Shown here one piece after another: positions 14,185 to 29,443 of a DNA stretch of 64,000 nt. Below the pieces are notes generated by a model. It did not search any database, had not been told where the DNA came from, and was given only the letters and a program-made list of their open reading frames with translations. Each line of letters opens with the position of its first letter. Position 1 is the first letter of the stretch. Origin of the DNA: the human T2T-CHM13v2.0 reference genome, Homo sapiens; the NCBI RefSeq assembly GCF_009914755.1, contig NC_060947.1; one strand, given 5' to 3'. A program made the translations under genes and the position numbers.

Positions 14185-14400
14185 ATATCATTTATTGTGT
14201 ACTTACTCTTTATCAGATACTGTTCTAAATATCTTAAATGCATTATCTCCTTCAATCTTTACATTCTGAATAGTAGGTGCTATTATGATCCCCATCTTCA
14301 AGTTAAGGAAACTTAGTCACTCTCTCAAGTTGTACAGCTAAAACACATGATAAAGTTGAAATATTAACAAATAATTTGTCTCCCACACCTGTACCTTCAA
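14185..14400 (-). mobile_element. MIR
   Basis: Antisense 'catttattgtgtacttact...gtaggtgctattatgatccccatcttcaagttaaggaaact'. Confidence 0.7.
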
Positions 14401-16041
14401 TTTTTGTTACTCAATTTGTGGCCTATGGAAACCAGTCCCTCTATCCTCATACCCCCATAACTCAATCAGGGAGATAAATTGAAATGAAAAAAAAATATAT
14501 AAAACTGAGCTAGTGTCAAGTATTTTGAATCTAAAGAAAGAGGTTGGTGTTGTGGTTATTCTAATTTAAGGCAGCCTCAGGAAGGCCTTAATAAAATAAT
14601 ACATAGGCTTATTTTATTTTTGCTTATTGTCTAAAAGGAATACAAAGTAATATTCAAATTAGCAGGAGAAATTTTTGCTCAATCAAGAGTAGATTATTAT
14701 ATTAATTCCATGAAAAAATAATGCTCAACATGAGAGGGTTTATATGCCTGTTGGGAAAGCTAGTGACAAAATCGACAAAATCAGCTGTGGTTCTTGTTAG
14801 GGGGAAGGAAGAACTGAAATGAGGACATACACCTTCACTCTCTGAAAGAATTAGGATCTGCATGTGCCTCATCCAGAAACAGTGATGTCTGTGCCAATGA
14901 GAGTCTCTGTTAGTATTTAGCTGAAAAGGCCGGGAGTGATTAAGATGAGAACTATGTCTTCTTCTGAAGGAGGGTGGTGTTTCTCTAGGAAAGAGCAGCA
15001 GGAAGGGATTGGACTTGGGAACTTGAGAGAAGGGGCTGCTTAGAAATGAATGGTTACTGACGGAAGAGATAACAAAAGGAGATTGATGGAAACAGAATGT
15101 TCACATGGGACTTCTTTCAAGTTTCGATGGCCTTCCTTGTGCGGAACAATGGAATGGTCAATTCTAATAAACTTACAATTTCTGTTGCTCCCACACTGTG
15201 CTACTATTTTGAGATATACGTGGCCACTAAGTAAAGAATTTGAGGTAAGTCCATTATAGTCTAGTGTAAGTTTGGTATGGGGGAAGACCGGGAAACAGGT
15301 AGTAACTTCCTCCCGGTTATCTTGCTTAGATTCCAGTAGAGACAAGAATTTAAAGAAATAAGGCATTTCTGTGAGTTACCAAGTGTGGTCACTGTTTACT
15401 GAAAACAGTGGTGATACCTACTTACCAGAAAAGACCCTGAGGAGCTGTATGACTGAATTGTCTCAGGGGCTTGCCACATACAGATTAACTAGAAATTAAA
15501 CATAATGGGAATAGCTGATGTTTTTGCTTACATCTTTTGCCTATTTTAAAACTTGAGTAATCTGCTTTTTTTAACTGATATATATATATATATATACTTA
15601 TATATTTAACCTATGTTCTGGATAGGAGTCCTTTATCAGATATATTTATTGCCAATATCCCCTCTCACACCGTTGCTTACTTTTGCACTATCTTAATGGC
15701 GTCTTTGGATAAGCAAAACTTCCGAAATTTTGATAAAATGCAACTTTTCAATCTTCTCATCTTACAGTTAGTACACTAATATCTTATTTAATAAATCATT
15801 GCTTATCTAAAAGAAATGAAGACATTTACCTTTGTTGTCTTCTATATACTTTATTATTTTAATTTCCATACTTAGGTATATGATCCAACTATAATTGATT
15901 TTTGTATGTTCACAGTTTTTTCCATATGGAAATCCAACTGGCAAATCATCATTGATTAAAAAGAAAATAACTTCTCTATTTATTATATGTAGGTCTTATG
16001 CTTTGTGGAAAATCATGAGACACCATATATGCATGAATATA

Positions 16042-16644
16042 TGTAGCAGGCAAAGTTTTGAAATAGCCCCTTCAGGTGTTACACACTAATCACTCAAACA
16101 TGTGAATATGATTATATAGACTCCCATAATTATGATATATGGCACCGTGGGCCATATACTGGACAGATAGTATCTGGGTGGGCCTGATCTAATCATATGA
16201 GCCCTTAAACGCAGAACACTTTCTCCTATTGGTTGCAGAAGGAAAAGCCACTGAGATTTAAAGTATAAATATGACTCAATATACTGTTGCTGGTTTAATA
16301 ATAAAAGGGGCCATGTGAGATAGTATTTGGGCTGCTGCAAGAAGAAGGGAACAGCCTCTCAAGCTGAGAGTCAGTAAAGAAATAGGGTCTTCAGACTTAC
16401 TCCTTAAGGAATTGAATTGTGCCAATACCTGATTAGCTTGAAAGCAGATTCTTCCCCCAAGCCTTCAGGTAATAAGATCCCAGCCCAACCTATATGTTAA
16501 TTTCAGTCTTGTGAGGCTCTGAGCAAAGAACACAGTCAACCCTCCTGGACTTCTGACCTGCAGAGCTGTGAGATATGAAATGGGTATTGCTTTATGTTGC
16601 TACATTTGTGATAACTTGTTATAAAGCAATAGAAAACCAGTATA
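16042..16644 (+). mobile_element. MLT1E-type MaLR solo LTR
   Basis: Starts TGT; 'tatctgggtgggcctgatctaatcatatgagcccttaa', 'ggacttctgacctgcagagctgtgagat', ends 'gcaatagaaaaccagtata'. Confidence 0.85.
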
Positions 16645-19600
16645 GTCTGCCTCTGCGTTAGATACTCTGTTTTGGTAGTCTATTTTTCTATTTTTTACCA
16701 AAATAACAATACTACAGTATTGTAATTACTATAGCATTGATGGTTAGCTTTGATCTCTGATAGTGTATGTCATCACTCTTTGTTTTTCAAGATCATCTTC
16801 ACTCTTCCTGAACTTGGATTTCCATGTAAATTTTAGAATCACTTTGTTAATTCTCCTCCAAAATAAAACACGTTTGTGTTTTACCTGTGAGTACATTAAT
16901 AATTATCTTTAAATTTTGAATCTTCCAATCCATGAACATGACATATGCCCACGTTAAATGAGGTACTCTTTGATACTTCTTAGTAATGTTTTTTAACAGC
17001 TTAACTGAGGTATAACTTACATACCATAAAATTCACTCATTTTAACTATAGAATTTGATGGTTAATTTATACCATGAATAATTATTATGTCAGTCCATCA
17101 TAATGAACATTGTTGTCACTTCAAAAAGTGTTCTCGTGCCTCTTTGCAATAAGTCCCCACTGCTACTCCCAGGCCCAGGCAATCCCTGACATGCTTTCAG
17201 GATACAAGGTTTTACCATTTTTAGAAATGTAATATAATAGAGTCCACAGTAAAAAGTCTTTTGTTTCTGGGTTTTTTCACTTAGCATGGTGTCTTTTATA
17301 TGAATCCATGTTGTTACATGTAATGATATTTTGTGCCTTTTAATTTCTGTGTAAGTATTCAATTGAATGGATTTGTCACATTATGTTTAATCATGTATTT
17401 GGTGATGGACACTTACGTTGTTTCCATTTGGAGCAGTTATGATTTACACAGCTGTAAATATTTGCTCATATACAAGTGTTTTTGTGGACACAGGTTTTCA
17501 TTTCTCTAGGACAGATAATGAGAAGTTGAATTTCTGGGTCATATAATAAGCTTATATTTAATATTTTAAGAAGCTATAAAATGGTTTCCTAAGTGGCAGT
17601 ACCATTTTACATTTCCACCAACACATATAAGGGTCCCTGTTTCTCTAAATCTTCACTGACGTTTGTTGTGGCTGTTGTGTAAAATTGCATTGTGGTTTTA
17701 ATTTTCATTTCCCAAATGGCTAATTATGATTAGAAACTTTTCATGTGTATGTATTTCATTTAATTATCTTCTATGGTGAAGTGGCTATTCAATTATTTTG
17801 CTTATTTTTTATTGGTTTGTTTTCTTACATTGGAAAACGTATGTATGTAATCTGGACACAAGTACTTTATTAGATATGTTTTGCAAATATTATCTCCCAT
17901 TCTGTAACTTGTTTTTTATCATTTCATTACTGATGTCTTTTGAGGAGCAAAAGATTTCAATTTCAATGAAGTGTAATTCAATTCATCAAATTTTCTGTTT
18001 GTGCATTTTGGCATCATTTTTACATCTTTGCCTTACCCAAGGTCATAAGGAATTTCATGTTTTTTAAAGAAGTTTGATCATTTCAGATCTTACATCTATA
18101 AATTCAATACACTTTGAGTTAATTTTGTATATAGTGTGAGGTAAGCTCTTAAGTTCTGAAGTTCTTTTCTTTTTTTCTTATGGATCCAATTGCTGTATCA
18201 CTATTTGTTGAAAAAACTACCTTTTCCTCATTGAATTGTCATCTTTGCCATAAATCAATTGACTACATATTTATATAAGGTCTTGTTTCTAGACTCTGTT
18301 CTATATGCTTATATGTCTATCCTTCTGCCAGTATTATGCTTTCTTAATTACTGTAGCTTTATGACATGCTTTGAAATCAGGTGCTATGACTTCCCAAACT
18401 TTTTTAATTGTTTTGGTTATTCTAGATACTTTTGGTTATTCTAGATAAATTTTAGTATTGACTTTTCAATATATGCAAACAAATCTTTATCAGTATAACA
18501 TTAAATGTATAGATATATTTGCAGAAAACACACCCAATACTAAGTCTTTCAATCCATGAATTTGGTAGAGGTCTTGTATTCCTGTTAAATTTATTTTAAA
18601 TACTTTATTTTTTATGTTATTTATCAAGAATGAGCTTTGGATTTTGTAAAATGCTTGTTCTGTATTGGCTGAGATGGTCATTTTGCAATTTTCTGGGTAA
18701 AGTTTATGTATAGCTTTTCTTACTAGAGTTTTTTTTAAAAACAGCCTTCTGACTGTATAAATAGAACATAGAAGTTTGAAACAATACTCTTTTTAGTTGT
18801 TGATATATAAAGTATACAGTTTTTATACATTGTATACATTAAGTTCAGTGAACTTAATAAACCCACTTAATAATTCTATTATAATAATTTATCTATAGAT
18901 TCTTTTAGATTTTCTGTGTATATGATCTTATGTGTAAAATTATGTAACAAATAATGAGAGCTTTATTTATTTTGTGTTGTTAAGTGTTTTATTTCTCCTT
19001 ATTTTCTCATTGCACTGGACAGGACCACAAGTAGATTGTTGAATAGAAAAGTTGACAATACATTCATTTTTGCTGACTTGTCTTATGTAGAAAGCTTACA
19101 GCGTTTCATCATTAAGTCCAGTAATTGCTATAGATTATTCATAGTCTTATATTGGTATAAGGAAGATCCCTTCTTTTCCTAGTCTGTTAAGAGTTGTTAT
19201 GATGAACGGATTATTAATTTTATTATATGTGGTTTATACACCTCATGAGATGTTTCTGAATGTGATGAATTATATTGGTTGATTTTTGAATATTAAACCA
19301 ACATGGTATACTTGAAGTAAATTCAAATTGATCATGAAGTATTATCCTCTTCTTATTAGCTGGGTTTAATTTGATAATATATTCTTTAGGCGTCTTGTTT
19401 CTATGTTCATAAGAGACATCGACTGGTAATTTTATTTGGTTTTAGTTCCCTTTTCAGGTTATGGTGCCAGGGTTTTTATGGCCTCATAAAACGATTTTGG
19501 GGGATAGTTTGTTTTTTTTTTCTTTTAAGCTTCTGTTATGTTAGATTTGTGGTATTAGTTTTCTAAATATTTGGAAAAATTCACCATGAAGAGTATCTTG

Positions 19601-20035
19601 GACTTAGAATTTCTTTTTTAGAAATAGTTTTTACTAATGAATGATTCAATTTATTTTGGTGAGTTGTGTTTTTAAAAGAATTTTCTCATTTCATATAAAT
19701 ACTCAAATATACTTAGATAAAGTTTACATAATATCTCATTAACTTTCTTATGTCTTGGGATCTATAGTTTTATCTCACTTTTATTCCCAAATATTGGTAA
19801 TTTGTCCCATTTTCTCTTTACTTTTTGGTCATTCTTATCAGAATTTTACCAATATTATTAATCTGTTTTACTGAACTAATTTTGCATTATTTTCTCTGGA
19901 GTTTTTTTTATATATTTTACTGATTAATACTCTTTATTATTTCTTTTCTTCTGTATTTACTAGAATTAGCTTTCTATTCTTTTTAGGTGGAAGTTTAAAT
20001 AATTGTTTTTCAGCCTTATTTTTCTTACAAAATAC

Positions 20036-20383
20036 GCAATTAAGGTCTGTTTTTGCATTGCTATAAAGTAATACTTGAGGCTGGGTAATTTATAAAGAAA
20101 AGAGGTTTAGTTGGCTCACAGTTCTGCAAGCTGTACAGGAAGTGTGCTGACATCCGATTGAGGGAGCAAGAAAGAGAAGAGGACGTGCCAGGCTTCTTTT
20201 TAAATAACCAGATTTTGCAGGAACTCAGAGCAAGAACTCACTTATCACCAAGGTGATGGCACTAAGCCATTCATGAGGGATCCACCCCGATGATCCAAAT
20301 ACCTCCCACTAGGCCTCGCTTTCAATATTAGGGATTATATTTCTCCGTAAGATTTGGAGGGGACAAACAGCAAAGCTATGTCA
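20036..20383 (-). mobile_element. MSTB-type MaLR solo LTR
   Basis: 'gggtaatttataaagaaaagaggtttagttggctcacagttctgc...aagccattcatgagggatccacccc...ggaggggacaaac'. Confidence 0.85.
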
Positions 20384-20659
20384 TAAGGTTACATATTTCC
20401 ATCTTTATATAGTTCTAGCTGAATATAATAAAATTTGATGTGTGATATTTTTATTAATCTTTAGTTAAAATAGTTTTCACTTGTATTTTGATTTCTTCTT
20501 TGACCACATAGCTTATTTAGCTGTATGTTATTTAATACTCAGTTATTTTCCATTTAACATTTGTGATTGATTTGAAGATTAATTCCATTGGTGTCAGAGG
20601 ATATAGTCTTAATTATATCAATATGCTGGCATTTAAAAATTGTTCTCCATTTTTTCTGT

Positions 20660-21715
20660 GAACATATATATGATATATATTTAGATATTATATATTAATA
20701 CATTTATGTTAAATATATAATATATTTATCTTTATTAATATTATATTTATGTTACTATTACATATTAAATTAAAATATATAACATAAATATATTGTAAAA
20801 TATTATCTATTTTATAATTTAATATATAAAATATATTTACAATTATATTCATATAAATAAATAAATAATTATGTATTTATAAAATAAATATATATTTTAT
20901 GTGATATATATTTTATTTTAAATATAATATTTTGAATATGTATTTTATTTTTAAAATATATTTATTGTATATATATTTTAACTATAATATTTCATATAAT
21001 ATATACTTAAATATTAATACGTTAATATTAATGTTAAAATATATTATGAATATAGTATAAAATGTACTATATTTTATAATTGAATACATATTAAATATAT
21101 TATAAAATATACTATATTTTATAATTTAATATATATTAAATATACTGTAAAATATGTTTATACTCATTATAAATATAAATATATATTTATATATTTAGAA
21201 ATAGCTTTATATTATTTACATTTATAAAAATATATTTATATTAATAAAATATATTAATATTATATTTATATTTATTATATATTAAAAATATTATATATTT
21301 ATTTTAAATATATAATATATTTAAATATAATATATTTATTTTAAATATATAATATATTTAAAATTTATATTATAAATTTAATTTATAAAATTATATTAAA
21401 TATAAAATTATATTAAATATAAATTTTATAATATATTAAATATAATTTATAAAATTATATTATTTTAAATATATAATATATTTTCATTAAATATAATGAA
21501 AAATATAATTTTTCATTAAATATATATTTCATTAAATATATAATATATTTTCATTAAATAATAATATAATTATATATTATTTAAATATATAATATTATAT
21601 AAATATAATATATATTTAATTATATATTTAAATAATATAATTAAAGATATATATATTAAATATATATTTATATAGTAAGCATTTATATATTTATATATTA
21701 TATATTATGTATAAT
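20660..21715. repeat. ~1-kb almost pure A/T low-complexity island with internal tandem repeats
   Basis: Nearly devoid of G/C; 45-bp unit twice at 21065-21154; 'atatttattttaaatatataatatatttaaa' twice near 21295-21362. Confidence 0.95.
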
Positions 21716-22636
21716 TCTCTCCAATACATGTGTCATATATATTATATACATCAAACATATCTAGATATAGATAAAATAGATATGAAATATTTTGGTGCAC
21801 ATAAATTAAGAACTTTTGTATCTTGCAAATTAAATGACATTTTAATAATTGTGAAATTTTATTTTATCTCTTCCACTGGTTGTTGTTATATAAACTTTCC
21901 TTTTCCTTGAAAATGAGAATTTTGCTGCTTAGAAGTCTCTTTAGGAACGTGAAATGGAAAGCCATAGAATGGAAGAAAATGTTTGTAAAATATATCTAAT
22001 AAAGGGTTTGATTTTAGAATATATAAAGAACACTTACAAATCATGAATAAGAAGATAGGCAGCCCAATTAAAAAATGGGAAAAATATGTGAACTGACACA
22101 TCGCCATAGAAGATATAGAGATGACAAATAAATACACAGAATATGCTCAATATCATTAATCATTAGAGAAATGAAAATTAAAATTACAATGAGGTATCTC
22201 TATATAAATTGTCAAATGACTAAAATCATAAAAACTGTTAGTGCTGACCGTGTTAGTAAGGATTTAGGGCACTAGAACTCATATACTGCTGGTGGGAACG
22301 TGAAATGGTGCAACCGTTGTGGATAACAGTTCAGCAGTTTCCTAAAATGATAAAAACACACATTCCATATGAATAAACACCATTCCACTCCTATTTAGTG
22401 AAAAGAAAAAAAATGCTTATTTTTAAACAGAGACCTGTACATGAATGCTCATCGTAACTTTATCTTTAATCCAGACATCTGATGTACCACATAACTATAT
22501 GCTATGTACCCCAAAAAATGTTTAAAAGTATTTGAAACAACCCCAATGTCTATCAACAAGTGAATAGATAAGTAAAATGTGGTATATTTGCACAATGGAA
22601 TACTGTATAGCAACAAAAAAGGATGCACTATTGATA

Positions 22637-22987
22637 CAGTCATGTCTTGGAAATATAGTAATTTCAGCTCTGCACCATTGCAATAAGACACATATTACAA
22701 TAAAGTGAGTCATACAATTTTTTTGGTTTCCCAATGCATGTAAAGTTATGTTTACACAATGCTTTGGTATAGTAAACGCACAGTAGTGTTATGTCTAAAA
22801 ACACAACGTACATACATTTATTAAATAATATTTTATTGATAATAAGTGCTGACACAGAGACACAAAGTGAAAACATGGTGTTAAAAAAAGTGCCAATGGA
22901 TTTTCTCAATGCAAATCTTCAATTTCTAAAAAATGCAATGCCTGTGAAGGACAATAAAGCAAAGTACAATAAGATAAGGTATACCTG
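22637..22987 (-). mobile_element. Internally deleted Tigger1
   Basis: Both Tigger1 termini ('ttggtttcccaatgcatgtaaagttatgtttacac' and 'gacacagagacacaaagtg...aaggtatacctg') joined; TA flanks. Confidence 0.8.
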
Positions 22988-23101
22988 TATATACAATAAT
23001 ATGGATGAGTGTCAAAATAATTATGCTAAGTAAAAGAAGCAAGACAAAAACGTTTATGTTTTATAATTTGATTTCTGTAAACCACTAGTAAATGCAAACT
23101 G

Positions 23102-23934
23102 CAATTGACCCTTGAACCACACAGGTTTAGACTACGTCAGTCTACTTATATGCTGATTGTTTCAATAAAAGTTACACTAAGTGCTCTTACCTCTGGTGTT
23201 TCCCCTTCTACCTCTTCCACCTCTGCCACACCTGAGACAGCAAGGACAATCCCTCCTCTTCCTCCTTTGATGATCTACTTTCACTTAATTAATAGGAAAT
23301 ATATATTTTCTTCCTTATTAATTTCTTAATAACATTTTCGTTTCTCTAGCTTACTTTATTGTAAAAATACAATATATAATACATATAACATAAAATATGT
23401 GTGTATTCATCCATTCTTGCATTGCTCTAAAGAACTACGTGAGAGTAATTTATAAAAAAAAAAAGAGAGGTTTGATTGACTCATGGTTTTGCAGCCCATA
23501 CAGGTAATGTGGCTGGGGAGGACTCAGGAAACTTACAATCATGGCAGAGGGCAAAAAGGAAAGAGGCACATCTTACATGGCTGGAGCAGGAGAAAAAGAA
23601 AAAAGGGGAAGGTGCCCCACACGTTGAGACAAAAGGATCTCATGAGAACTCACTATAATGAGAATAGCAAGGGGAAAATACACCCCATGAGCCAATCACC
23701 TCCCATCAGGCCTCTCCTCCAACTTTGGAGATTACAGTTCAACATTAGATTTGGGCAGGGACACAACTCTAAACCATATCAATGTGTTACTTGACTGTTT
23801 ATATTATTGTTAAGGCCTTCAGTCAAAAGTAGGCTATTAGTACTTAAGATTTTGGGGAATCAAAAGTTATATACAGATTTTCAATTGCACAAGGGTCAGT
23901 TCTCCCCACTCCCACATTGTATAATGGTCAACTG
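23102..23934 (+). mobile_element. Tigger2a (MER28) interrupted by MSTA
   Basis: TIRs 'caattgacccttgaac'...'ggtcaactg'+TA; internal 'cctctgccacacctgagacagcaag'. Confidence 0.85.
23402..23781 (-). mobile_element. MSTA MaLR solo LTR
   Basis: TGTATT...ACCATATCA termini; perfect 5-bp TSD ATGTG (23397-23401, 23782-23786). Confidence 0.9.
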
Positions 23935-24149
23935 TAATATATAGTGACAGAAAGTAGATCAGTGGTTGCCTGTGAGTGGAGTCAGGGGAAGGTACACAGA
24001 GGTATGGAAACAAGACATTACCAAGGGGCACTGAGAAACATTTGGGGGCTAAGTACAAAATCTTTTTTTATTGATTTTGGTGGTGGATTCATGGGTGTGC
24101 ATGTTAAAACTTACCAAGTTGTACACTTTAAATACAATTTTTGGGTTAA

Positions 24150-25030
24150 TCTAATTCCTTTGCCGTTTCATGTAAATTTTTGAATTAGATTGTTTACATC
24201 TATAAAAAATAAGCTCTGATGAGATTGCATTAAAATATAAATTTAGAGAGAATTTACATCAAGTTGTGTTTGTTTTTAATTCAGTGTTATAACCTCTGCC
24301 TTTAATTGGGGATATTGAGACCATTTACAATCAATGTGCTCATTGATAAGATTAATTTCAAATCTAATATTTTGGTATTTGTTTTATCTTTGTTCCATTT
24401 ATTCATTGTTTTCCTTTCCTGTTTATTTAAAGCTCTTGGGATTAAATATTTGTTATTATTCTAATTTATCTCTTTTTGGGGGCTGTCAGGTATAGCTTTT
24501 TATTTTAATATTTTATTGGTTGTTTAGGGTTTATAGTATACAACTTTAACTTATCACAACCTACCTTCAAGTGATATCATACGACTTAATTTATAGTATT
24601 TTTATAGTATTTATACCTATATACTTTCTACCCACTACTGACATTTTTGCTATTTTTATCATTTATTTTACTTCTACGTATGTTTTAAATCCTACAATAC
24701 ATTGTTATTACTTTTAACATATTTTTCAAATATTTTTTAAAATAAGTTAAAAATTCTTTTATATTTACCCAAATATTTACAATTTTCTGGCACTCTCTAT
24801 TCAATTATGTAGATTCCTATTTCCTTGGGAGTCTATTTTTTTTCTCTCTGAAGGACTTTCTTTAACATGTCTGGTAATCAAGTCTGCTGGTGATGAATTA
24901 CTTTACTTTTTAAAGTTTAAGTCTTTATTTTTACTTTCTTTGGAAATATATTGACACTGCCTATAGAATTCTTGGTTGACATCTCTCTTCCTTCCTGAAA
25001 CCACTTTCAGTATTTTGAAAATATTTCTCC
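24150..25030 (-). mobile_element. Old L1 (L1ME-type) fragments
   Basis: Antisense motifs 'gaccatttacaatcaatgt', 'gtctgctggtgatgaatt', 'tatagaattcttggttgaca'. Confidence 0.6.
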
Positions 25031-25037
25031 ATTGTTC

Positions 25038-25222
25038 TCTAGCTTGTGTCCACACTATTTAATGGGTATAGATTTCCTGTTTGAGTAACTAAAATCTTCT
25101 AGAGTTAGGTGGTGATCATGAATGCACAACACTGTGATTATACTTAATACCATTGAATTGTAAACTTTAAAAATGGTTTAAATGGTGAATTTGTAGTTAC
25201 ACGTATTTTACCAAAATAAATA
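25038..25222 (+). mobile_element. L1MB-type extreme 3' end
   Basis: 'tttaatgggtatagattt...gcacaacactgtga...cattgaattgtaaactttaaaaatggtt'. Confidence 0.7.
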
Positions 25223-26669
25223 GTAGGCAAAGGACTTGAATAGATATTTCTTCAAATAATATATACTAATAATGTGTACATGCATCACCCAGATTCAACA
25301 GCTAACATTCTACCATTCATATTTTATTCAGCTCCCCACTTTTAAATTTTTGCTGATGTATTTGTAAAGCAAATCCAGGAGCCATGCTACTTAAACTGTA
25401 AATTTTTCATTGTGTATATTAATGTGATAAACTGTGCTGCTATGAATGTGTCCAGTTACCTAGTCCACTGCTTTCAACTACTGGCTAGTATTTCAGAGTA
25501 TGTAAACAACCTTGTTTATAAATCTGTGTCCCCAGAGATAAACACATAGTCTCCAGCTATCCACGACCACAGAATTTATATGAAGACCAGCCTTATACGT
25601 TTTCACTTGTATCCTACACGAGGATTTCTCTGGGATATATACCCAGAAGTGAATATACAACCGTTACAGGTTCTTCTAGTAAAGTTTCTTACATTATAAC
25701 ATTTACTTTTCATAAAATTTATATTTTCATAAAACTGCTCTTCTATGCACTAGGTGGTATGAACCATCAGAAGGTTTAACAGCTCCTGAGTGAAGCCCCT
25801 CACAGCTCTTCACTCCAGAGGCTCCTGTTTTATTCCCTTTCTATGACCCACATCTTTGGTCATACTTATTTGGACATATGTCTTAACCTCTGAACTTTTA
25901 CTGAGGGCAAGAAGTGGATATGAGTCACCAGATTTCAGAGAAGCTACTAGAGAGGTGGTTTAATAAATGTGAACACTCCAGAGTTGCTACTCTGTGACCT
26001 AGCTCCACATAGCTCACTGATGATCCGCAATTCCCACTAAACATGTTTTCTTCTGATTCCTACCACTGCCCTTCTACATAACCTGTGAGGCCAGCCTAGC
26101 CATGCTATTTCTCTCAAGAACTGTAGCAAGCCTCAATCTCCAGGGTGTTTATGTCATTATTAGGCTTTGGCCTGAGTTTCTTATCCTATGCCCAGGAGTC
26201 TCTAACTCCAAAGCAAATGTTATCATTGTTACATTGTACTGAACTCTTGATACTGGTGGTATGTGCTAATTACATAAAGATAGCTTGTGCATTTCCACTG
26301 TGTGGTATTCTCACATTTACACTGTTATACATACAGAGAAAAAGACAAGATTTTATTAATAAATAAGTTACTCCCTTGTTGGAGAAAGTCTTGGAAGGCA
26401 AGAAAATGCTATTAGAGGTTTGTCTTAATGAAGGTCTATGCCAACTTGGAAGAGAGCTTGAGAAGAAGTAACAGAAGTAATTGGCCAGACAGATAAGTAG
26501 CCATCATTAGAGGTGAGGGTGCTCTGAGAAAATTCTAAGAGTTAAAAAGGAGGGGCTGAAACTGAAGCCCAAGAAACAACATAGGAATAGAGGTCTGTAG
26601 GATAGGATCCCAAAAAACTCATTTATGATCCTGAGGTAGCAGGAGCATTCCTTCAACAGTTTTCTCTTC

Positions 26670-26785
26670 TATTGGACTTAGAACCTCTTTGGGGACAGAG
26701 GCTGTGTCTTCAACTGTGCATCATCCTAGGCTAGTAGCACAGTGCTTTACATAAAGCAGGTGCTTAATAAATTGTTTATCAATCA
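26670..26785 (+). mobile_element. L2 3'-end fragment
   Basis: 'ggacagaggctgtgtctt...tagcacagtgc...gcaggtgcttaataaat'. Confidence 0.65.
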
Positions 26786-26800
26786 GTGTACCTTGTTAGA

Positions 26801-29443
<2,643 letters not shown>

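Larger units (their letters stand above)
15535..21900 (-). mobile_element. Fragmented old L1 (L1ME/L1MB-type) tract with nested LTRs and AT island
   Basis: T-rich antisense L1 ORF2/3'UTR motifs ('cctttatcagatat', 'cttccaatccatgaacatg'); a second L1MB8/ME1-like 3' end starts near 16990. Confidence 0.7.
21935..24145 (+). mobile_element. L1ME-type 3' fragment (sense) hosting two Tiggers
   Basis: ORF2 C-terminal/3'UTR motifs 'ctgctggtgggaacgtgaaatggtgcaacc', 'aaagtagatcagtggttgcc', 'gttgtacactttaaata'. Confidence 0.75.
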
